Shown here one piece after another: positions 51,355 to 56,381 of a stretch of DNA of 56,381 bases. The translations under genes and the position numbers were made by a program. The stretch lies in assembly GCF_001194135.2 (NCBI RefSeq), contig NC_068990.1:63171034-63227414 (forward strand). Reading direction: 5' to 3'. Source of the stretch: Octopus bimaculoides (Eukaryota). The first letter of the stretch is position 1. Every line of letters starts with the position of its first letter. The notes under the pieces are model-generated. The model was not told the origin of the DNA, made no database searches, and saw nothing but the letters and a program-made list of their open reading frames with translations.

Positions 51355-51790
51355 TTGGCTCTTTACAAATATTTTGTCATACCATCCCAGCTGTATTCTT
51401 CTGAAGCATGGACATGTTATGAAAGACATTTCAACTTGCTAGAACAATTCCACCAAAAGATGCCTCATTTCAAACATTAAATGGAGTTCTTTTACTCCAA
51501 ACACACTTGTCCTTGCGTCTTCAGGCATCACTTCAATTATAGCAATGATTCTCAGAAATCAAATGAGATGGTCTGGCCATGTTGTTCAATTGGCGGATGA
51601 ACGCACACTCAAACTGCTGTTTTATGGTGAGCTTGCAGAAGGGAAACGCTGTTGGTGTAAACCTTAAAAGAGGTTTAAGTACAGCAAAGAGACTAGCATG
51701 AAGTCACTTGCAATGAATCCAGAGGACATAGAGACCCTTGCTTTGGATCGAGCTGGATGGCAAATAAAAGTGTTGAGTGGAGTGAATGTT
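51355..51790 (+). mobile_element. RTE-clade LINE, RT C-terminal fragment
   Basis: LYKYFVIPSQLYSSEAWTCYERHFNLLEQFHQ / NIKWSSFTPNTLVL...QMRWSGHVVQLADERTLKLLFYGELAEGKR...KRFK...ETLALDRAGWQ are diagnostic RTE motifs (LYG.ETW, LRW.GHV.RM, L.YGEL..GKR, A.DR..WR). Confidence 0.9.
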
Positions 51791-52043
51791 TCTTTCAAAC
51801 TTTATAGATCTCTGTTTATCGAAAGTTCACTAAGAATATCCACAGCCGTAATTAATCTTATATCTTGAACATAAAACATATTGTAATTTATGAGGTGCAC
51901 AAAGCACAACGAGAATCCAAAGAATATCATAGTATATATTCATTCTTAATACATTCTTACAGCACTATTCTATATTTTTGAGATGAGGAATTATGTACCT
52001 TATTTCTGATGGACGGATAGGTGTCTTCACCTTGTTTGTTGTT

Positions 52044-52090
52044 ATCACACCGTTTCGTTTGGTGTACTCTCCAGCCTTCATTAAGTGTTC
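52044..52090 (-). ncRNA. Degenerate hammerhead copy (probably inactive)
   Basis: Minus strand gaacac-TTAATGA-aggctg...caaac-GAAA-cggtgtg; the core and stem II are mutated. Confidence 0.4.
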
Positions 52091-52254
52091 TGGTGAAATT
52101 TCAAATCCAACCCTTTATTTGACTAGTGGAGTACGCAGTTCTCATTCCTAAGGTATGTTGCTGATGTTATTTCTCTGTTGATATTATTTTCCAAGTCTTG
52201 AAAAATAGTGTACCTAATTAGTCAAATAATGGGTTGGGTTCGAACTTCTAGCAG

Positions 52255-52300
52255 AACACCTGATGAAGGCTGGAGAGCACATCAGCCGAAACGTTGTGGT
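52255..52300 (+). ncRNA. Minimal type-I hammerhead ribozyme motif
   Basis: AACAC-CUGAUGA-A-GGCUG/GAGAGCACAU/CAGCC-GAAA-CG-UU-GUGGU: intact CUGANGA and GAAA cores, 5-bp stem II, palindromic ACGU stem III, GUU cleavage triplet, stem I with one mismatch. Confidence 0.65.
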
Positions 52301-52819
52301 AAGAACAAACAAGATGAGGACACCTATCAGTCCATTATAAATAATGTAAGTTCTGACAAATTCGAACTTGCATATTAGAGAGTTGTTGTTTTGTGACATT
52401 GGAGAACACCTCCTCCCTTCAAGCGATATGTGTTCATAAGATACGCGATACTACGGTGTAAGGTGACTTTAATACATCACGGTAGAGTTGATTTCGTTGT
52501 GTGTGTATTCAGACAAAACAACATATTTATAAGTTTGTGCAAGAAAAATGCCATTGCATGTGTTGTTCATGTTTCGATTTACGTATCTGTATAATTGTAT
52601 GCTTGTTCATCTACGTGTGGGAATATTCGATATAGTTTTTCACAATTACTCTGATGACTTGTACTTGTAATTTCGTTATGTCTTTCCTTGCTTAGAGGAT
52701 GTTCAGCTTCGAAAATTGGTTCCTGGTTAGTTAATATCATAAATGAGTAAAAACAAGAATAGATTTGATATTGTAGTACAGCTTCAATATTAGCAGATTT
52801 CTCACTAAGACAACATAGA

Positions 52820-54657
52820 CACTTAGACACATATATGCATGCGCATGTAACAACGTGCGTATACGTTTTTTATTTTTGTTTTCTATATTTTTGTTCGCTT
52901 TATCTTGAGTATTATCTCAACAGCTGCTGGACAACTGATTTCTACTATTGCTAACACATTCTTTACTTTATCGCAGATCATTATACATCTTCTCTTGTGT
53001 TTGCACATCATAGAAGTTTTGACTAGAATATTCCGTGAGTACGTATGCACCTTATAGGTGATTTTACTTTCTACAGCACTATAACCAATAATATGTTGAT
53101 CTGGAATATTCTTTGTACGGAATGTATTGAGTAAAATTTTAACCTCAGCATCATGCCTCATATGTAGATAGGATTGTTGCGACAGTTGGACAACAGACTA
53201 TGTCGAGAAGTCATGTGTACTGTGTTACAGTCGGCATGAGTTGTCATATGTAGGTATTTCACCTGCATTGATTTTTGTGCATAAAATATTTTGCTGTTAT
53301 CTTCAGTGCCTCAATCGCAGAAGCGTACCTTCCAATTCCAAATGATTGCTAATATACTAGTTGTTGGCCCAGGAGAATCGTTTATGATTATCTAAGATAT
53401 TGTTCATCTGAAATTTCGTGACAACATAAAAAAGATAATAACCTTATGTATACTATGCTGCCATGGAGCTGTAATACTTGCCTGAATTTAATTTCGTCAA
53501 TTATCAGAGAACACATTCAGTAAAATCATCATTACAAATTCAAAGAAGCTATTTCTATTTTGTCATTTATACAAAATCGAGCCATTGACTATCTTCGGTT
53601 CTTCGTTATTAATCGATACATTCGAATTCATATTGATGTTAAGCTACTGTCTCCTTGTTTTCTTCTTCGGTGGAAACTGTCCCTATCATTATTCATGTAG
53701 AAGTTTCTGGTTATGGTTAAGATTTTTGCAATATTAACATCAGTGCCTAGCCTAGAGCTTATCTGATGCCAAACTGAGTAGATCAAAAGTTGGTATAATA
53801 CAGCATGTTAGTTATATTCAGAAACGTATGGGTATCATATTTTACCTTTATTTGATTGGTATATTCCCCAGTTTCATCTTATTACAAGTGTCACTACAGG
53901 ATATATTCTCATCAATATTTAGATATGTGCAGCCTGTCTTTTTATTCTTCGTGGAAATATTCTACTAATTAGTAGAAATGTTACTCGGCTGACATGTACT
54001 TTTGCATTGTTTTACAGTTAGGCAGGAAAATATATTCAGATCAATTTCCAGCCCAATATTTTTTGTGATGGTCGTTACTAAGTTTGGGTTCGTCATATTA
54101 TACACGTATTTAACATATATGTTCGATGCTTACAAACTGTTTGTGTTTACTTGGTGCTACGTCTTTCTCTGAACCGATCAGTTCACCTCAACAAAATGAT
54201 AAAATTATTGATAGCATACCACTGATAAAGAGTAAATCTACTATATCAAACAAGAATTTGAAATCATTTTTACTATCATTTTTATCATCAGTTAGGGAAG
54301 TTATTAGATTCCCTTCCTTTGCATTCCCAGAGGGTTTGCTCCAGTAACGGTATCAGACAGGATTAAGTATACAATGTACTTCAACAGAATTTTCATAACA
54401 CTTGAGTAAATTTTAATAGTAGAAATATTACATTCTCAGTCTTGCAGAGAAGGTAATTGCTTCGAAAATGGTATAAACATGAAAATCAGAAAATTCTTTT
54501 CGCTGAGAGCTATTTGGGGATTGTAGATATTTTGGATTTCTATTAAAAGAAAATTGTCAACGGTTTCCGAAAATTACACATGCGTACGCAGATATATATG
54601 CATAAACGCACTTAGACACATATATGCATGCGTATGTAACAACGTGCGTATACGTTT
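52820..54657 (+). repeat. 49-bp direct repeat (52820-52868 and 54609-54657) bracketing the R4-like fragment
   Basis: cacttagacacatatatgcatgcg[c/t]atgtaacaacgtgcgtatacgttt, 48/49 identical. Confidence 0.95.
52869..54510 (-). mobile_element. R4/Dong-like non-LTR retrotransposon fragment (RT, CCHC, restriction-like endonuclease)
   Basis: Minus strand with frameshifts: ILNPV, KNIGLEIDL, YLNIDENI, IIPTFDLL (RT and post-RT); EG/YASAIEALKITAKY; CRL...DIVCVQLSQQSYLHMRHD (decayed CCHC + RHD); CKHKRRCIMICDKVKNVLAIVEISCPA (KHNRPD...VEISCP RLE motif). Confidence 0.8.
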
Positions 54658-54728
54658 GCCGGTACCCGAGTGTAATGTTTTCACTGTTTAAATTTTATAT
54701 ATTTTTACATAGATACATGTATGTGTGA

Positions 54729-54776
<48 letters not shown>

Positions 54777-55004
54777 NNNNNNNNNNNNNNNNNNNNNNNN
54801 NNNNNNNNNNNNNNNNNNNNNNNNNNNNNNNNNNNNNNNNNNNNNNNNNNNNNNNNNNNNNNNNNNNNNNNNNNNNNNNNNNNNNNNNNNNNNNNNNNNN
54901 NNNNNNNNNNNNNNNNNNNNNNNNNNNNNNNNNNNNNNNNNNNNNNNNNNNNNNNNNNNNNNNNNNNNNNNNNNNNNNNNNNNNNNNNNNNNNNNNNNNN
55001 NNNN
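54777..55004. other. Assembly gap (N)
   Basis: Direct. Confidence 1.
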
Positions 55005-55062
55005 TGTGTGTGTGTGTGTGTGTGTTAGTGAGATTCTGTTTACATATATATATTTATATATA

Positions 55063-55370
55063 GAAGGTGCGTGGCTTAGTGGTTAGGGCATTTGGCACAC
55101 GTTCGTAAGGTCGTGAGTTCAATTCCCGGCGACGCGTTGTGCCCTTGAGAAGACACTTAATTTCACGTTATTCCAGTCCACTCAACCGGCAAACATGAGT
55201 AGTACCAGTATTTCAAAGGGGCAGCCTTGTCACACTTTGTGTCACGCAGAATCTCCCTGAGAACTACATCAAGTTTACACGTGTTTGCGGAATACTCAGC
55301 CACATGCACGTTAATTTTACGAGCGACCTGTTCCGTTGATCCCTTGTCGTCGTAATCGGCGGAGTGCTCC
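55063..55370 (+). mobile_element. tRNA-derived SINE: family D head with family C-type 3' body
   Basis: A-box tggcttagtgg, B-box gagttcaattccc, gcgttgtgcccttgagaagacactt core. The 3' half (cagccttgtcacact...cacgttaatttt acgagc...gttccgttgatc...tcgtcgtaatcggcggagtgc) is collinear with family C. Confidence 0.85.
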
Positions 55371-55397
55371 TTAAATACACACACACACACACACATC

Positions 55398-55870
55398 CTT
55401 TTACTTGTTTCAGTCAACTGACTGTGGCCATGCTGGAGCACTGCCTTGGAGGATTATCTTTAGTCGAACAAATCGAATCCAGGACTTGTTCTTTTAAGCC
55501 TAATTCTTATTATATCGGTTGATTTTCTTGAACTGTTAGGTTACGGGGAGGTGCACACAGCAACACCAGTTGTAAAGTGGTAATGGGAGGAATCACAGAC
55601 ATACATGCACACACATAGACACATATGTATATATACATACATACATGCATACATACATGCATGTATACATACATACATACATACGTACATACATACATGC
55701 ATACATACACACATACATACATATATACATATATACATACATACATACATATATACATATGCATATGTTTGTGTGTGTGTGCGTGTGTAGGAAGGGTTTC
55801 TTTCGGTTTTCATCTACCAGATCCACTCACACAGCTTTAGTCGGTCCGAGGCTATAGTAGAAGACACTTG
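55398..55870 (-). mobile_element. SINE family B (head truncated), internal (CATA)n
   Basis: Revcomp of the family B tail (ttcagtcaactgactgtggccatgctggagcactgcc) and core (gaggctatagtagaagacacttg). Confidence 0.88.
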
Positions 55871-55889
55871 CAACAACACACTCAAGTAA

Positions 55890-56110
55890 ATTCTTCATCA
55901 AGACACCTATGCACAGCTCTGCTGAGATGTTCATACTCGATTCGATTTTGGTTGAATTTTCTCTTCCCATCACGCACTGTTTTTCTCCATGTGAAACGAA
56001 CTAGGGCGAAGTCAACCCATCCATTTTCCAAAATTTCGACCTTCTACAGTGTATTCTTGATGCAGTCCTTATATTGTAATTACGGTTTGAGCGTAATCAA
56101 GAACTATTCC
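55890..56110 (-). mobile_element. RTE-clade LINE C-terminal fragment
   Basis: Minus strand: P*LQYKDCIKNTL*KVEILENGWVDFALVRFTWRKTVRDGKRKFNQNRIEYEHL matches the RTE 'R.KD..K..L....I....W...A.DR..WR..V..G...FE..R' terminus. Confidence 0.7.
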
Positions 56111-56381
56111 AGGACCTACAATTCCGTCATTTTAAAATTATCTATTATCATATTCTTAAGTTTTCTTCTCCTTTTTTAGCATAATAGCACCCATTTCAAG
56201 CAGTTCCAGAAAAGATTAATTTCGTATAGTTTTTTTATATACATACATAGATACATACATACGTACATACGTACATACATACATACATACATACACATAT
56301 ATATAAATATACATACATATATATATAAAATAATATTAGGGATAAAATCCGAAATTTAAGGTAAAAACTCAATTCAGATCA

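Larger units (their letters stand above)
51988..52353. mobile_element. Inverted pair of about 140-bp Penelope-derived (pLTR-like) repeats
   Basis: 51988-52127 is about 80% identical by eye to the revcomp of 52216-52353, with an 88-bp spacer. Each arm carries a hammerhead-type motif. Confidence 0.8.

Noticed and set aside
12105-55086. The longest ORFs in the track (130-374 aa) containing X runs
   Set aside because: They are open only because N-gaps contain no stop codons.
10839-55140. tRNA genes suggested by A/B boxes
   Set aside because: The boxes are SINE heads; there is no complete cloverleaf or acceptor stem.
1034-56381. ORFs with poly-S/L/K/F, YI, CV, HT, LS runs
   Set aside because: They are translations of microsatellites, not genes.
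1-56381. CRISPR arrays, operons or other prokaryotic systems
   Set aside because: The sequence is clearly eukaryotic repeat-rich DNA, with no regularly spaced repeat-spacer array and no bacterial-like ORF density.

Overview
AT-rich (low-GC) eukaryotic non-coding DNA, dense in microsatellites and with nine N-gaps. The SINE families and repeat landscape resemble an Octopus (coleoid cephalopod) genome scaffold; this is inferred from recalled repeat sequences, not from a database search. No host gene can be confidently identified. The window looks intronic or intergenic, and only a few low-confidence candidate exons were found on the + strand (8362-8446, 9006-9057, 32541-32597, 47699-47778). Nearly every ORF in the supplied track is an artefact of simple repeats, N-runs or SINEs. 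The supportable content is a transposon graveyard. It holds about 25 tRNA-derived SINE copies in 3-4 modular families (here called A, B, C, D), an internally deleted maT/DD37D Tc1-mariner element, a mariner C-terminal fragment, MITE/foldback elements, a Ty3/Gypsy gag-protease-RT remnant, two distinct Penelope-like GIY-YIG remnants, three RTE-type LINE fragments, an R4/Dong-like RLE retrotransposon fragment bracketed by a 49-bp direct repeat, and a Helitron-like 3' end. The most interesting signal is a minimal type-I hammerhead ribozyme motif (52255-52300) in a Penelope-derived repeat that is arranged as an inverted pair. A second hammerhead-like motif, occluded by a 17-bp antisense arm, sits next to the Penelope remnants (26844-26918).
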